From Candidatus Latescibacterota bacterium (lineage in GTDB: Bacteria > Latescibacterota > UBA2968 > GCA-2709665): 64,000 bases of DNA. Both the position numbers and the translations under genes were made by a program. The notes below the pieces were generated by a model. It did no database searches and was not told where the DNA came from. It saw only the letters and a list, made by a program, of their open reading frames with translations. This document shows, one piece after another, positions 37,880-47,885 of this stretch. The DNA lies in the NCBI GenBank assembly GCA_965248435.1, contig OZ252100.1, positions 3,104,001 through 3,168,000 of the forward strand, written 5' to 3'. Within the stretch, counting starts at the first letter, position 1; every line of letters begins with the position of its first letter.

Positions 37880-38560
37880 ATGACAACCGCACTTTCCTTT
37901 CGTGGCGTTTCAAAAGTTTACGAAGCCTTCGGCAGCAGCAGCCGCTTCGCGCTCCGGGATATCTCTTTCGAAGTCCCAGCTGGACGGAAGGTGGCTGTCG
38001 TCGGAAGGAGTGGGAGCGGAAAGTCGACGTTGCTGCACCTCGCCGCCGGTATCGAGGTCGCCACCGAAGGAAAGATCTCCATCCAGGGTCAGGAGCTCGA
38101 TGGATTGTCCGAGCGGGCGCGCACGCTGCTCAGGCGTGAGGAGATCGGCCTTGTGTTTCAGTTCTTCCACCTTCTTTCCCACCTCTCAGTGAGGGAGAAT
38201 GTTGCCCTCCCTGCCCTGATTGCATCGGAGCGGGCGAGCGATTTCGAGCCGAGAGTGTTCGATCTGCTGGAGCGAGTGGGTCTTGCCGACAGAGCAGAGG
38301 ATGCAGTTCAGAAGCTCTCCGGTGGGGAGATGCAGCGGGTGGCGATCTGTCGGGCCCTGCTGCGTCGCCCCAGGCTCCTGCTCGCCGACGAGCCGACCGG
38401 GAACCTGGACGATGAGACGGGCCAGCGGGTGATGGAACTCCTTCTCGACATGGTGGCCCAGGAGGGGACGACGCTGCTTTATGTGACGCACAGTCGCGAC
38501 GTGGTAGCGCTTGCCGATGAGGTGTGGACGCTCCACAGCGGCGAGTTGGAGCGAGCATGA
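37880..38560 (+). CDS. ABC ATP-binding protein (LolD/AttE-like)
   Basis: GRSGSGKS, VFQFFHL, LSGGEMQR, ADEPTGNLD. Confidence 0.9.
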   Translation: MTTALSFRGVSKVYEAFGSSSRFALRDISFEVPAGRKVAVVGRSGSGKSTLLHLAAGIEVATEGKISIQGQELDGLSERARTLLRREEIGLVFQFFHLLSHLSVRENVALPALIASERASDFEPRVFDLLERVGLADRAEDAVQKLSGGEMQRVAICRALLRRPRLLLADEPTGNLDDETGQRVMELLLDMVAQEGTTLLYVTHSRDVVALADEVWTLHSGELERA

Positions 38561-41079
38561 TCCGCTACTTCCTTGGAACGCTCGTTTCCCATTTCAGGGC
38601 GGGACGGAGCCTCTACCTTTTGACGTTGTTCGGCGTCGCGCTGGGTGTGGCGTCTGTCCTATCGATTCAGGTGATCAATCAAAACGCTTTGGCGGCCTTC
38701 CAGGGGAGTGTGGAGGCCTTGAGCGGTGGCGCTGATTTCAGTGTTCTGGGACGGACGCCGGCGTTTCCGGAAAGGATCTACTCCGAGGTGCTCTCCGAAC
38801 CGGGGGTCGCTGCGGCCTGGCCGCTCTTTCGCGTGGAAGTCGCGGTTCCGGAAGAAGAGGCGTTTTTCCTGGAAGTACTCGGAGTCGACTTTTTCGCCCC
38901 GATGCAGATCCCGTTGCGTGGGGCCAATGCAGACCTTTCAAAGGCGCTTTCGCAGCCGGGTTGGGTGGCGGTGTCGCCCTGGTTGGCCGCTGAGCGAGGA
39001 TTGGATGTCGGCCAGTCGCTGGAAGTGGCGAGCGGTTCGAATCGGGTGCGCCTCACGGTCGGCGCGCTGGTGGACTTTCAGAGCCTGAGCCCCCTGGCGA
39101 GTCCAAAGATGGTCGTGATGGACATTGCCCAGGCGCAGAGCCTGCTCGGCCGGCGGGGGCAGATCCATCAGATCGACGTTCAGGTGGCGGAGGGCGAGAG
39201 CGAGACCGAGGTGATGGAACGTCTTCGGACCAGGTTGGGCCCTGCGCTGCAAATCGTCACCCCGGAGGCGCGCGAACGGCAGGCAACTGGCCTGATGGCC
39301 GCCTTCCGACTGAACCTGACGGCGCTGAGTCTGATCAGCCTCTTCGTAGGTCTCTTCCTGGTCTACAGCAGCACCCAGGCCTCACTGATTCGCAGGCGGG
39401 CGGAATTCGGTCTTCTGAGATCGATTGGATCCACTCCGCGGCAGGTGTTCGCTTTGATCGTCGGGGAGGTGATCATCCTGGGAGCGCTGGGCGTGGTGCT
39501 GGGCCTTCCGCTTGGCTACTGGGTGGCGGAGTCGAGTGTGGACAAGGTCAGCGCGACGTTGAGCAACCTCTACCTGCTTGAAGAGATCTCTTCACTTCAG
39601 GTCCCTCTCCAACTGTTCTGGCTCGCGGGGCTGGTCGGGATCGGTGGGGCCTTTGCAGGGGCCGTCGTTCCGGCGCTGGATCTCAGTCGTCGCGACACGC
39701 GGTCTCTGCTCTCGGCCTTTACGCTGCACGAAAAGATCGGGTCTGTCGCCAAAGGGTTGTCCGGAGTCGGTGTCTGCGCCATTCTGCTTCCCTTGATTTG
39801 GTACCGGGTCTGGGGGGAGATGTGGCAGCATTCCGGGTTTGTGCTGGGGATCGGGCTTTTGATCGGCATTCCCCTGCTCAGTCCTTTACTCGTCCAGCAG
39901 GCCTGCGGCCGGGTGCGTGTCAGGCGATTCGGATTCGGCTATAGCCTGAAGAGCCTGGGTCTTCAGTTACAGACGACATCGATCGCCGTGGCCTCGCTCG
40001 CGGTGGCGGTGAGCATGTTGATCGGCATTACGCTGATGATCGGGAGCTTCAGGAAGACGCTGGAGGTCTGGGTGGCGACATCGATCCAGGCCGACATCTA
40101 CATTACCCCGCAGTCCTGGCGTGGAAAGGGGACAGAGTCGACGCTGGAGCCCGATCTGGTCCGCGCAATAGGCGCCCATCCAGGGGTCGAGGCGATGGAT
40201 CGTCTGCGCGGGTTTCTGGGCTATACGGGAGAACAGCGGATTTCCGTGGCAGGCGTGGAGATGGGCCTCCTCGGGGGAGAGCCGAGGTTTCCGCTTCTGG
40301 AAGGCGAGCCATCCGATGTGTTCAAGCAAGTCCACGCAGGCGGGAAGGTTCTCGTCGGTGAGACTTTGGCTCGGAAACAGGGTCTGGCTGTGGGCGATGA
40401 ATTGCCTCTGTACGGGCCGGAGGGAGAGCTGAGATTGGAGATCGCGGGTGTCTATTACGACTACAGCACGGAGGGCGGCGTTGCGGTGATGGACCTCGCG
40501 ACGATGGAGCGACATTTCGGGCCGGGCGAGGTCAACAGTGTTGCACTTTATCTTGAGTCAGGTCGCGACCCGGAGCGGGTCGTGGACGAGCTCAGGGCAC
40601 AGTTTCCTAAAGCCCCGCTTCTGATCAGGAGCAACCGACGTCTCAGGGCAGAGATATCCAGGGTGTTCGAAGAGACGTTCGCTGTGACCCGAATCCTTCA
40701 GCTTATGAGCCTCGTCATCGCGACGTGCGGCGTCGCGCTGATGCTCCTCGTCCTGGCTCGCGAGCGGGTCTCGGAGCTGGCCCTTTATCGTGCCCTGGGG
40801 GCCAGCCGTCGACAGCTCTTCAACATTTTCGTGTGGAAAGGGTTCGGAATGGGGTCTCTGGGCCTCGGCCTGGGTCTGCTCGGCGGTCTGGCCCTTGCCG
40901 GCGTGCTGATCTTCGTGATTAACCGGGCCTACTTCGGCTGGACGATCCAGGTCTATTGGCCCTGGCGAGACCTTTTACAGGAGGTGGGATCCATCCTGGG
41001 CGCTTCGCTGATCGCGAGCCTCTATCCGGCCCTTCGGGCGAGCCAGACACCAGCTGAGGAGTTGAGACGAGATGTCTGA
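38557..41079 (+). CDS. FtsX/MacB-type double permease (AttF/G-like)
   Basis: Two FtsX-type halves, AFRLNL, SFR.T...W, YYDY, INRAYFGWT. Confidence 0.85.
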   Translation: MIRYFLGTLVSHFRAGRSLYLLTLFGVALGVASVLSIQVINQNALAAFQGSVEALSGGADFSVLGRTPAFPERIYSEVLSEPGVAAAWPLFRVEVAVPEEEAFFLEVLGVDFFAPMQIPLRGANADLSKALSQPGWVAVSPWLAAERGLDVGQSLEVASGSNRVRLTVGALVDFQSLSPLASPKMVVMDIAQAQSLLGRRGQIHQIDVQVAEGESETEVMERLRTRLGPALQIVTPEARERQATGLMAAFRLNLTALSLISLFVGLFLVYSSTQASLIRRRAEFGLLRSIGSTPRQVFALIVGEVIILGALGVVLGLPLGYWVAESSVDKVSATLSNLYLLEEISSLQVPLQLFWLAGLVGIGGAFAGAVVPALDLSRRDTRSLLSAFTLHEKIGSVAKGLSGVGVCAILLPLIWYRVWGEMWQHSGFVLGIGLLIGIPLLSPLLVQQACGRVRVRRFGFGYSLKSLGLQLQTTSIAVASLAVAVSMLIGITLMIGSFRKTLEVWVATSIQADIYITPQSWRGKGTESTLEPDLVRAIGAHPGVEAMDRLRGFLGYTGEQRISVAGVEMGLLGGEPRFPLLEGEPSDVFKQVHAGGKVLVGETLARKQGLAVGDELPLYGPEGELRLEIAGVYYDYSTEGGVAVMDLATMERHFGPGEVNSVALYLESGRDPERVVDELRAQFPKAPLLIRSNRRLRAEISRVFEETFAVTRILQLMSLVIATCGVALMLLVLARERVSELALYRALGASRRQLFNIFVWKGFGMGSLGLGLGLLGGLALAGVLIFVINRAYFGWTIQVYWPWRDLLQEVGSILGASLIASLYPALRASQTPAEELRRDV

Positions 41080-41273
41080 CAATTGCGGATTGCGGAATGG
41101 GGATTGCGGATTGAGAAGGCTGGATCACGGAAGGACACGAAAAAGGTAGAGGGCCACGGAAACGATGTATTGGACTGAGTTACTTGGGGATTGAAAGACG
41201 AATCTCACCGCAGAGGCTTGCCCCGGAAGTGTCTCTGATCCGGGGCGCAGAGGACGCAGAGAAGGAAGAATAG

Positions 41274-42401
41274 ATGATGAATAAGCGGCGATTAAGATAC
41301 TGCGTGACCCTGATAGTTCTGTTTCTGGCGGTGAGCGCGTGGTCGAGAGAGTGGAAGGGCGCACGCCCGGACTATGAGTGGTCATTTCCGGAGGACCATT
41401 GGGCCCGAGCAGGGTACAAGACGGAGTGGTGGTACTTTACGGGCCACCTGGAGTCCGAGTCGGGAAGGAGGTTCGGGTATCAGTTCACGATATTTCGCGT
41501 AGGACTGCTGCCTGAGCGGTTGGAGCTGTTGTCTGACTGGACGACGGAGAACCTGTTCATGGGCCACGCCGCGATCGGGGATTTCGATTCGGGACGACAC
41601 CACTTCAGTGAAGTGGTTTATCGGGCAGTGCCCCTGCTGGCCGGGTTCGGTACCTATCCCGATTCAACGATCGCCTGGTCGCGTGGGCCTGCGGGGACGG
41701 CGGGTTCCTGGAAGCTGACGTGGAACGGGAACGGCTTCGACTTTGAGATGCAGGATCGCAAGACGGGCATCGCATTTACCCTTTCAACGGAGCAAGACAA
41801 ACCGATCGCCTTTCAAGGACCCAACGGTTACAGCCGTAAGGGAGAAAGCCCGACTGCAGCGAGCCAGTACTACAGTTTGACTAGATTGAAGACGCAGGGG
41901 ACGATTTCGATCGGGGAGCAGACGGTGCCGGTTCGGGGCGAGAGCTGGATGGACAAGGAGTTCGGCTCGAACCAGCTCGAAACGCATCAGGCCGGGTGGG
42001 ACTGGTTCAGTCTTCAGCTCAGCGACGGACGGGATGTAATGCTATATTTGATCAGAGACAAGTCGGGCAAGGTCGATTTTTCCAGGGGGACGCTGATCGG
42101 AAGGCAGGGAGAAATCGACTACGTCTCGGGAGACCAGGTCTCTGTGGAGGTGATAGAGACCTGGAGGAGCTCGGAGACCGGGGCGGTATATCCGTCGCGG
42201 TGGCGGATCGGGCTCGATGGGGCAGGTCTGGAGCTGGATGTAGAACCGGAGATCGCGGACCAGGAGAATCGGAGCCGGCTGGTGTCCGGCCTGTTCTATT
42301 GGGAAGGGGCTGTTCGCGTTATGGACAGAAACGGAGTGCGGATCGGGCGCGGCTACACGGAGCTGGTCGGTTACGGAGGATCGATTCTACCCGCGATTTG
42401 A
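41274..42401 (+). CDS. secreted lipocalin-like CrtC/AttH family protein
   Basis: FPEDH, EWWYFTG, YYS, SWMDKEF, GWDWFSLQL, YWEG, GY.ELVGY. Confidence 0.85.
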   Translation: MMNKRRLRYCVTLIVLFLAVSAWSREWKGARPDYEWSFPEDHWARAGYKTEWWYFTGHLESESGRRFGYQFTIFRVGLLPERLELLSDWTTENLFMGHAAIGDFDSGRHHFSEVVYRAVPLLAGFGTYPDSTIAWSRGPAGTAGSWKLTWNGNGFDFEMQDRKTGIAFTLSTEQDKPIAFQGPNGYSRKGESPTAASQYYSLTRLKTQGTISIGEQTVPVRGESWMDKEFGSNQLETHQAGWDWFSLQLSDGRDVMLYLIRDKSGKVDFSRGTLIGRQGEIDYVSGDQVSVEVIETWRSSETGAVYPSRWRIGLDGAGLELDVEPEIADQENRSRLVSGLFYWEGAVRVMDRNGVRIGRGYTELVGYGGSILPAI

Positions 42402-42426
42402 CGAAATCTATCCACAGGAGAAATAG

Positions 42427-43122
42427 ATGAATCGAGTTCAGGACGCCAAGGCACTCACGTTCGATCTGTTCGGCACGATTCTAGATCTGGGGGGCAGTCT
42501 ACGCCCTCACATCGAGAAGTTTCTGACGCGTAAGGGTGTGGAGGTATCTGCAGACCGGTTCTGGGATCAATGGCGAGCCAGACAGCGGATCGAGCAGTTT
42601 CAGGATACGATTATGATGGTGGGTCACGCCGGTTATCTGGAGACAGTACGGAGGGCGTTCGTCTACACGTTGGGTTTGAACGGGATGGAAAGCTCCGCCG
42701 GTGAGGCGAAGCAGGTTATGGCTTCCTGGCAGGAGCTGTCTCCTTTCCCGGAGGTCCGTGCCGCCCTGGAGCGACTGAAGGACCGCTACAAACTGGTCGT
42801 TCTTTCCAACGGCGATCCCGGTTTTTTGGAGCACCTCGTGAAGAACCGTGTGGATTGGGCATTCGATGACGTGATTTCTGTGACCGAATTCGGGGCCTTT
42901 AAACCACACCCGACTGTCTACCTGGGCGCTGCGGGGATCCTCGGGTTGGAGGCGGGTGAATGCCTGATGGTCTCCGCGAACTCCTTCGATGTGGTCGGGG
43001 CCAGGGCGTGCGGACTGAAGGGGGCATTCGTGAATCGCAATCGCCTTCCGTATGATGATTCGCCTTATCGCCCGGATTTGACGGTGGAGGATTTTACGGG
43101 TTTGGCGAATGCCTTGTTGTAA
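42427..43122 (+). CDS. haloacid dehalogenase type II
   Basis: FDLFGT, LSNG, FKPHP, VSANSFDV. Confidence 0.88.
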   Translation: MNRVQDAKALTFDLFGTILDLGGSLRPHIEKFLTRKGVEVSADRFWDQWRARQRIEQFQDTIMMVGHAGYLETVRRAFVYTLGLNGMESSAGEAKQVMASWQELSPFPEVRAALERLKDRYKLVVLSNGDPGFLEHLVKNRVDWAFDDVISVTEFGAFKPHPTVYLGAAGILGLEAGECLMVSANSFDVVGARACGLKGAFVNRNRLPYDDSPYRPDLTVEDFTGLANALL

Positions 43123-43135
43123 ACCCGAAACCCAG

Positions 43136-43285
43136 ACCTCACCCGGCCCCTCTCCTAAAGGAGAGGGGAGGTGAGAGCAATGTTTCAAGCCAGAATGGAA
43201 TCGCGACTCTTCTGGGACGCGCTATATGCGATACGTGTGCCTGTTCCCCCCTTCCCTTTAGGGAAGGGGGGAGGGGGGGTTAGGT
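43136..43285. repeat. element bounded by an inverted pair of hairpin repeats
   Basis: cctcaccc..cccctctcc-taaa-ggagagggg at left; ccccttccc-ttta-gggaagggg..gggttagg at right. Confidence 0.6.
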
Positions 43286-43303
43286 TCGACCGAGGAATTC
43301 TGA

Positions 43304-44425
43304 ATGGCGAAGCAGAAAGTGTTGATCCTGTGTATCGATGGATGCGGTCCGGAGTACCTGGAGGCGAGTGAGACGCCGAACCTCGACCTGCTCGGCGAGG
43401 AGGGATTTATCATCGAAGGGAGCGCAGTGATTCCCTCTGTGACGAACGTGAACACGACGAGTATCGCCACGGGGGCCTTTCCGGACCGGCACGGGATAAC
43501 GACGAACTACCACGTAGACAGAGAGAGTGGAGAGGGTTCGTTCGTGGAGGATGATCGGTTTCTGCTCGAGCCCACGCTGTTTCAGAAGGCGAAGGCGAGC
43601 GGACTTGCGGATAAGACGGCGCTGCTGGTGACAAAAAGGAAGCTGCTTGATCTCCTGAGCGGAGGTGCCGACGTTAGAATTGCCGCGGAGGATCCGGCTC
43701 CCGAGTACATCGATTCCATCGGTCCGGCAGAACAGATCTACTCCACTGAGATCAACTTCTGGCTGCTTCGAGCATTGCGGCGCGTGCTGCGGGACAATGA
43801 TCCAGATCTGGCCTGCTGCTTCACGACGGATTGGGTCCAGCACAAATATGGCCCGAGTGAGGAAGCCTCCCTGCGACACATGGAGGAACTCGATCGTCTG
43901 ATTGGCGCCATCGTGGATGATGACCCTGAACGGCAGATCTACGTGACGGCCGATCACGGGATGCGACCCAAGACGCACGGGCTCGACCCGGAACGCCGGC
44001 TGAGAGAAGGGGGCATAGATGCGATGGCGATTCCGATCATCAAGGATCGTTACGTGGTTCATCACGGGAATCTGGGAGGGGCTGCGTATATCTTCCTTAA
44101 AGACGGGTCGGATTTTGCGAAGGCGCTCGCGCTCCTGTCGGAAGCGCCGGGCGTGGAGGAAGTCTATTCCGCGGCGGAGGCGGCGGCGATCTTTCGGTTG
44201 CACCCAGATCGCATCGGCGACATGTTTATTCTCGCAGACGAGGAGACCGTCTTCGGTCAGCTGCAGGACGCGGAAGAGACACTGTCGCTGCGTTCCCACG
44301 GCTCTCTGTACGAAGGCCGGGTGCCGATCATCGGATTCAACAGCCCGTGGTGTCCGGAAGATTTCGAGTACAACCTGGATGTGGGCCGGCTGGGGATCCT
44401 TGAAGACACGGAGGAGGAAAAGTGA
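43304..44425 (+). CDS. phosphonoacetate hydrolase-like (alkaline phosphatase superfamily)
   Basis: IDGC, PSVTN.N, TTDWVQHK, TADHGM, YVVHHG.LG, DRIGD, LRSHG. Confidence 0.75.
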   Translation: MAKQKVLILCIDGCGPEYLEASETPNLDLLGEEGFIIEGSAVIPSVTNVNTTSIATGAFPDRHGITTNYHVDRESGEGSFVEDDRFLLEPTLFQKAKASGLADKTALLVTKRKLLDLLSGGADVRIAAEDPAPEYIDSIGPAEQIYSTEINFWLLRALRRVLRDNDPDLACCFTTDWVQHKYGPSEEASLRHMEELDRLIGAIVDDDPERQIYVTADHGMRPKTHGLDPERRLREGGIDAMAIPIIKDRYVVHHGNLGGAAYIFLKDGSDFAKALALLSEAPGVEEVYSAAEAAAIFRLHPDRIGDMFILADEETVFGQLQDAEETLSLRSHGSLYEGRVPIIGFNSPWCPEDFEYNLDVGRLGILEDTEEEK

Positions 44426-44745
44426 AACGGGTCGGGTTTCTGCTCAAGGTCAAGAAGGAGAAGGTCGAGGAGTATCGCGCTTCCCACCAGAATGTCTGGT
44501 CCGAGATGCTGGACGCCCTTAGACGGACCGGCTGGCACAATTACTCTCTGTTTATGAGGGAGGATGGCACCCTCTTCGGTTATTTTGAAACGGAGACCAG
44601 TCTACAGCGCGCGCTCGAAGGGATGTCCAAGGAGGAAGTGAATGCTCGGTGGCAGGATGATATGTCGGAGTTCTTCGAAATTCCAGAAGGGGCACACCCT
44701 GATCAAAACCTCGTTGAACTGGATGAGATATTCCATGTGGACTGA
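44422..44745 (+). CDS. rhaM: L-rhamnose mutarotase
   Basis: EEY...H..VW.EM, NYSLF, LFGY, RWQ..M, EIFHVD. Confidence 0.88.
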   Translation: MKRVGFLLKVKKEKVEEYRASHQNVWSEMLDALRRTGWHNYSLFMREDGTLFGYFETETSLQRALEGMSKEEVNARWQDDMSEFFEIPEGAHPDQNLVELDEIFHVD

Positions 44746-44763
44746 TCGGATGGGGGATATTCC

Positions 44764-46230
44764 ATGAAGTGGATCATAGGTGGGTTCTCTCACGAGACGA
44801 ATACGTTCTCGTCAGAGGCGACTGGTCTGGAGCAGTTTCGGGAGCGGCACTATGCCGAGGGCGACGAGGTCGCGGCCGAGCTGGAAGGGACGCGAACGAA
44901 CATCGGGGGATTCCTTGATGTGATCCGCGAACGTGGAGATGAGGCCGTGCTTACGGTGTCGGCCTTCGCGACGCCATCAGGTCTGGTCACCCGGGAGGCG
45001 TTCGACACGATTTCCGGCGTGATCCTTGATGGCGTAAGGAAGCACACGGATGCTGACGGGATTCTGCTGGATCTGCACGGGGCCATGGTGCCGGAGGGAT
45101 CGGATGACGGAGAGGGATGCGTTCTTGAGATGGTGCGAGAAGTGGTCGGTCCCGAGATGCCGATCGTGGTTGCACTGGATCTGCACTCGCACATAACGGA
45201 ACTGATGGTCGAGAAAGCGGATGTCCTGATCGGATACCAGAAGTATCCCCATACAGATATGTACGAGCGAGGTGTGGAAGCGGCCAACTTGATCGTTCGC
45301 ATCGCGTCCGGCGAGGTGCATCCGGTCTGCGCCATGAGGAAACCAGGGATGATCCCTGTCCCCCCGACGTGCAACACGGAGTGGGGGCTTTACAAGTCGC
45401 TCTGGGAGGATGCGCTGCGCGCAGATCGGCCCGGCGGGATCATCTCGACCTCGCTCTTTGCCGGCTTCCCGTGGGCGGATGTCGCTCCGATCGGGTTCGC
45501 GATTCTGGTCTACACCGATGGAGACGAGAACCTGGCTCGGGAAGAAGCGGAGCGTCTCTCGGAGAAGGCATGGAACCAACGACAGGAGTTTCTCTACACC
45601 CCGACGTCCATCCCGGAGGCGGTCTCCAGGGCATTGAAGGTGGAGGGCAGGCCGGTTGTGATTCCAGATGTTGCGGACAACCCGGGCGGCGGCGGGTCGA
45701 ACGACAGCGTTGAGGTCGTTCGTGAATTGCTTGCCCAGAAGGCCCCGAGCGCGGCGATCTCTACGATCTACGACCCGATAGTGGTTCAGGAGGCAATCAA
45801 GGCCGGCGTAGGTTCGAAAGTCTCGGCCGAGCTGGGCGCGAAGACGGACGATCTGCACGGGCAGCCTTTGGAGATTGACGCGCGGGTGAGAATGATCTCT
45901 GACGGTCGGTATCGTGTTCGCGGCAGGATGTCTCAGGGCGCCTGGATGCACATGGGTCCGACTGCTGTCCTGGAGGTGGAGGGTGTTCGGATACTCGTGG
46001 CGAGTTACCGGCAGCAGACTTATGACACAGAGGCGTTCCGGTATGTGGGGATCGATCCGATGGACACGGATGTTCTGGTGGTAAAATCGGCGATGCACTT
46101 TAATGCAGCCTTCAGACCTATCGCCTCCGAGGTGATCGTCGCCGACGGGCCCGGTCTTTCATCGAACGATATGTCCCGATTCGCGTTCGAACGAATTCCC
46201 CGACCGATCTTCCCGCTTGACGATACCTGA
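44764..46230 (+). CDS. M81-family metallopeptidase (MlrC-like)
   Basis: HETNTFS, LDLHGAM, DLH, YPHTD, DNPGGG, VVKS..HF. Confidence 0.9.
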   Translation: MKWIIGGFSHETNTFSSEATGLEQFRERHYAEGDEVAAELEGTRTNIGGFLDVIRERGDEAVLTVSAFATPSGLVTREAFDTISGVILDGVRKHTDADGILLDLHGAMVPEGSDDGEGCVLEMVREVVGPEMPIVVALDLHSHITELMVEKADVLIGYQKYPHTDMYERGVEAANLIVRIASGEVHPVCAMRKPGMIPVPPTCNTEWGLYKSLWEDALRADRPGGIISTSLFAGFPWADVAPIGFAILVYTDGDENLAREEAERLSEKAWNQRQEFLYTPTSIPEAVSRALKVEGRPVVIPDVADNPGGGGSNDSVEVVRELLAQKAPSAAISTIYDPIVVQEAIKAGVGSKVSAELGAKTDDLHGQPLEIDARVRMISDGRYRVRGRMSQGAWMHMGPTAVLEVEGVRILVASYRQQTYDTEAFRYVGIDPMDTDVLVVKSAMHFNAAFRPIASEVIVADGPGLSSNDMSRFAFERIPRPIFPLDDT

Positions 46231-46317
46231 ATCTCGCCTGCAAAGAAGTATTTTAACATTCTGTTTTATACCCACTTGTGATCTTACTCACCTTCGAATG
46301 AGAACGTGGATAAATGC

Positions 46318-46346
46318 TTGACATTCCTCGAACCTTGGTTTACCTT
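46318..46346 (+). promoter_or_regulatory. sigma70 promoter in an AT-rich spacer
   Basis: TTGACA-17 nt-TACCTT. Confidence 0.5.
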
Positions 46347-46413
46347 GGCATATATTAATGGAATTCAGTTAACTCGATCATTCTCCCTCTTTTAGCCAGA
46401 GGAGGTGAGCTCG

Positions 46414-46968
46414 ATGCTGAATCAGTGTGCCCCGTTCCAGTTCGGTGCCCCGAACGGAATCCTGACCGGTCGGGAACGGGGTGGAGATCTTCTCGAAGAC
46501 CTGATGGGGCATATGCGGAAGTCGGATTCCGAGGGTGTCGTCCCCCTTGACTTCTCCGGGATCGATTTCATGGACATCTCCTGCGCGGATGAGTTTCTCA
46601 CCAAACTGATCATGCGAATCGGGAGCGGGGAGCTCGGAACGCGGTTTGTGTATATCGAGAATGCGAACGAGTCTGTCCGAGAGACGGTCGAGGCGGTCCT
46701 GAAGCTTCGCGGGCTCGCAGCACTTCTAAAGGAGGGAGACCGGGTCGAGGTCCTGGGCAAGCTCAAGACGCCGATTCGGGAGGCGCTGGACGTGCTGCTG
46801 GAGAAGAAAGAAGGGACGTCTACGGAGCTCGCAGAGGCACTTCGAAAAAACGTGAACATCGCGTGTAATCGTCTGAACGCGCTGCAGCGCATGGGGCTTG
46901 TTTGTCGCGTTAGGGAGGGGAGTGTGCGGGGTGGCGGGCGTCAGTATTTCTACGAGTCGATTCTGTAA
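46414..46968 (+). CDS. STAS-like (DUF4325-type) plus winged-helix protein
   Basis: LTGRE.G, LDFSGIDFMDISCADEF; C-terminal STELAEAL...NRLNALQRMGLV...GGRQYFY. Confidence 0.7.
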   Translation: MLNQCAPFQFGAPNGILTGRERGGDLLEDLMGHMRKSDSEGVVPLDFSGIDFMDISCADEFLTKLIMRIGSGELGTRFVYIENANESVRETVEAVLKLRGLAALLKEGDRVEVLGKLKTPIREALDVLLEKKEGTSTELAEALRKNVNIACNRLNALQRMGLVCRVREGSVRGGGRQYFYESIL

Positions 46969-47033
46969 GTTGGAGTTCGCGGATTCCTTCCGTTCGTTCA
47001 GATCACACGGCTCATCTTTCACCAGGGGGAAAA

Positions 47034-47855
47034 GTGAAATCGCTCGGGACAATCATCTACGTATTCTGCTTCTGTGCAGCCGCACAGGCGGATCCTTTGG
47101 ACATTCTGTTTCCATACGAATGGCACGGCAACATCGACCGGATCGACTTCGAAGAACCTTCGGGAGTCGTCTTTCACGAAAAGCGGGGCACGCTATTCGT
47201 TGTGGGAGACGATGGAGACCTGTTGGAAATCAGAACAGATGGCGCACCGGTCCAGCAGAAGCATCTGCGGGACGCGGACCTGGAGGGAATAACATACGAT
47301 CCCGCAACAAGCCTGCTTTACCTGGCGGTTGAAGGGGAAGAACGGATCCTTGAGGTAGAGCCGGATGATTTCTCCATCCTTCGTGAGTTCACGATTCCGA
47401 GACGGGTGAACGAAAAGACGATGCTCAAGGAGGGTGGTCAGGGGATCGAAGCCATCACATTTGTGCCAAAGCGCGATCATCCCCACGGCGGCACATTCTA
47501 TGTCACCAACCAGTCCTACGACCTGAGCGACCAGGAAGACGTGTCGGCTATTTTCGAAATCGAGGTGCCTCTAAGGAGCACGGACCCTTCCGAAACGGTC
47601 GCGAGACATATTCGTCAGATCGTGCCAATGATACCCGATATGTCCGGCCTCAACTACAGTGCGACATCCAACAGTTTACTTGTCATCAGCGACGCGACAA
47701 ACTGCTTCTTCGAAATCAGTCTGTCCGGCAAGATCAAGGATGCGAAAGCGTTTCCGGGCCAGAACCAGGAAGGGATCGCCTTCGACGACAAAGGGAACAT
47801 CTACGTCGCGCAGGACTCGGGCGGTATCCTAAAAATGCGTTGGAAGTTCGAGTAG
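47034..47855 (+). CDS. secreted SdiA-regulated/YjiK-like beta-propeller
   Basis: Signal peptide, EPSGV, LFVVGD, DLEGITY, QEGIAFD. Confidence 0.75.
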   Translation: MKSLGTIIYVFCFCAAAQADPLDILFPYEWHGNIDRIDFEEPSGVVFHEKRGTLFVVGDDGDLLEIRTDGAPVQQKHLRDADLEGITYDPATSLLYLAVEGEERILEVEPDDFSILREFTIPRRVNEKTMLKEGGQGIEAITFVPKRDHPHGGTFYVTNQSYDLSDQEDVSAIFEIEVPLRSTDPSETVARHIRQIVPMIPDMSGLNYSATSNSLLVISDATNCFFEISLSGKIKDAKAFPGQNQEGIAFDDKGNIYVAQDSGGILKMRWKFE

Positions 47856-47885
47856 CCGGTAAACCCGTCGATCGTGAATTGTTCC

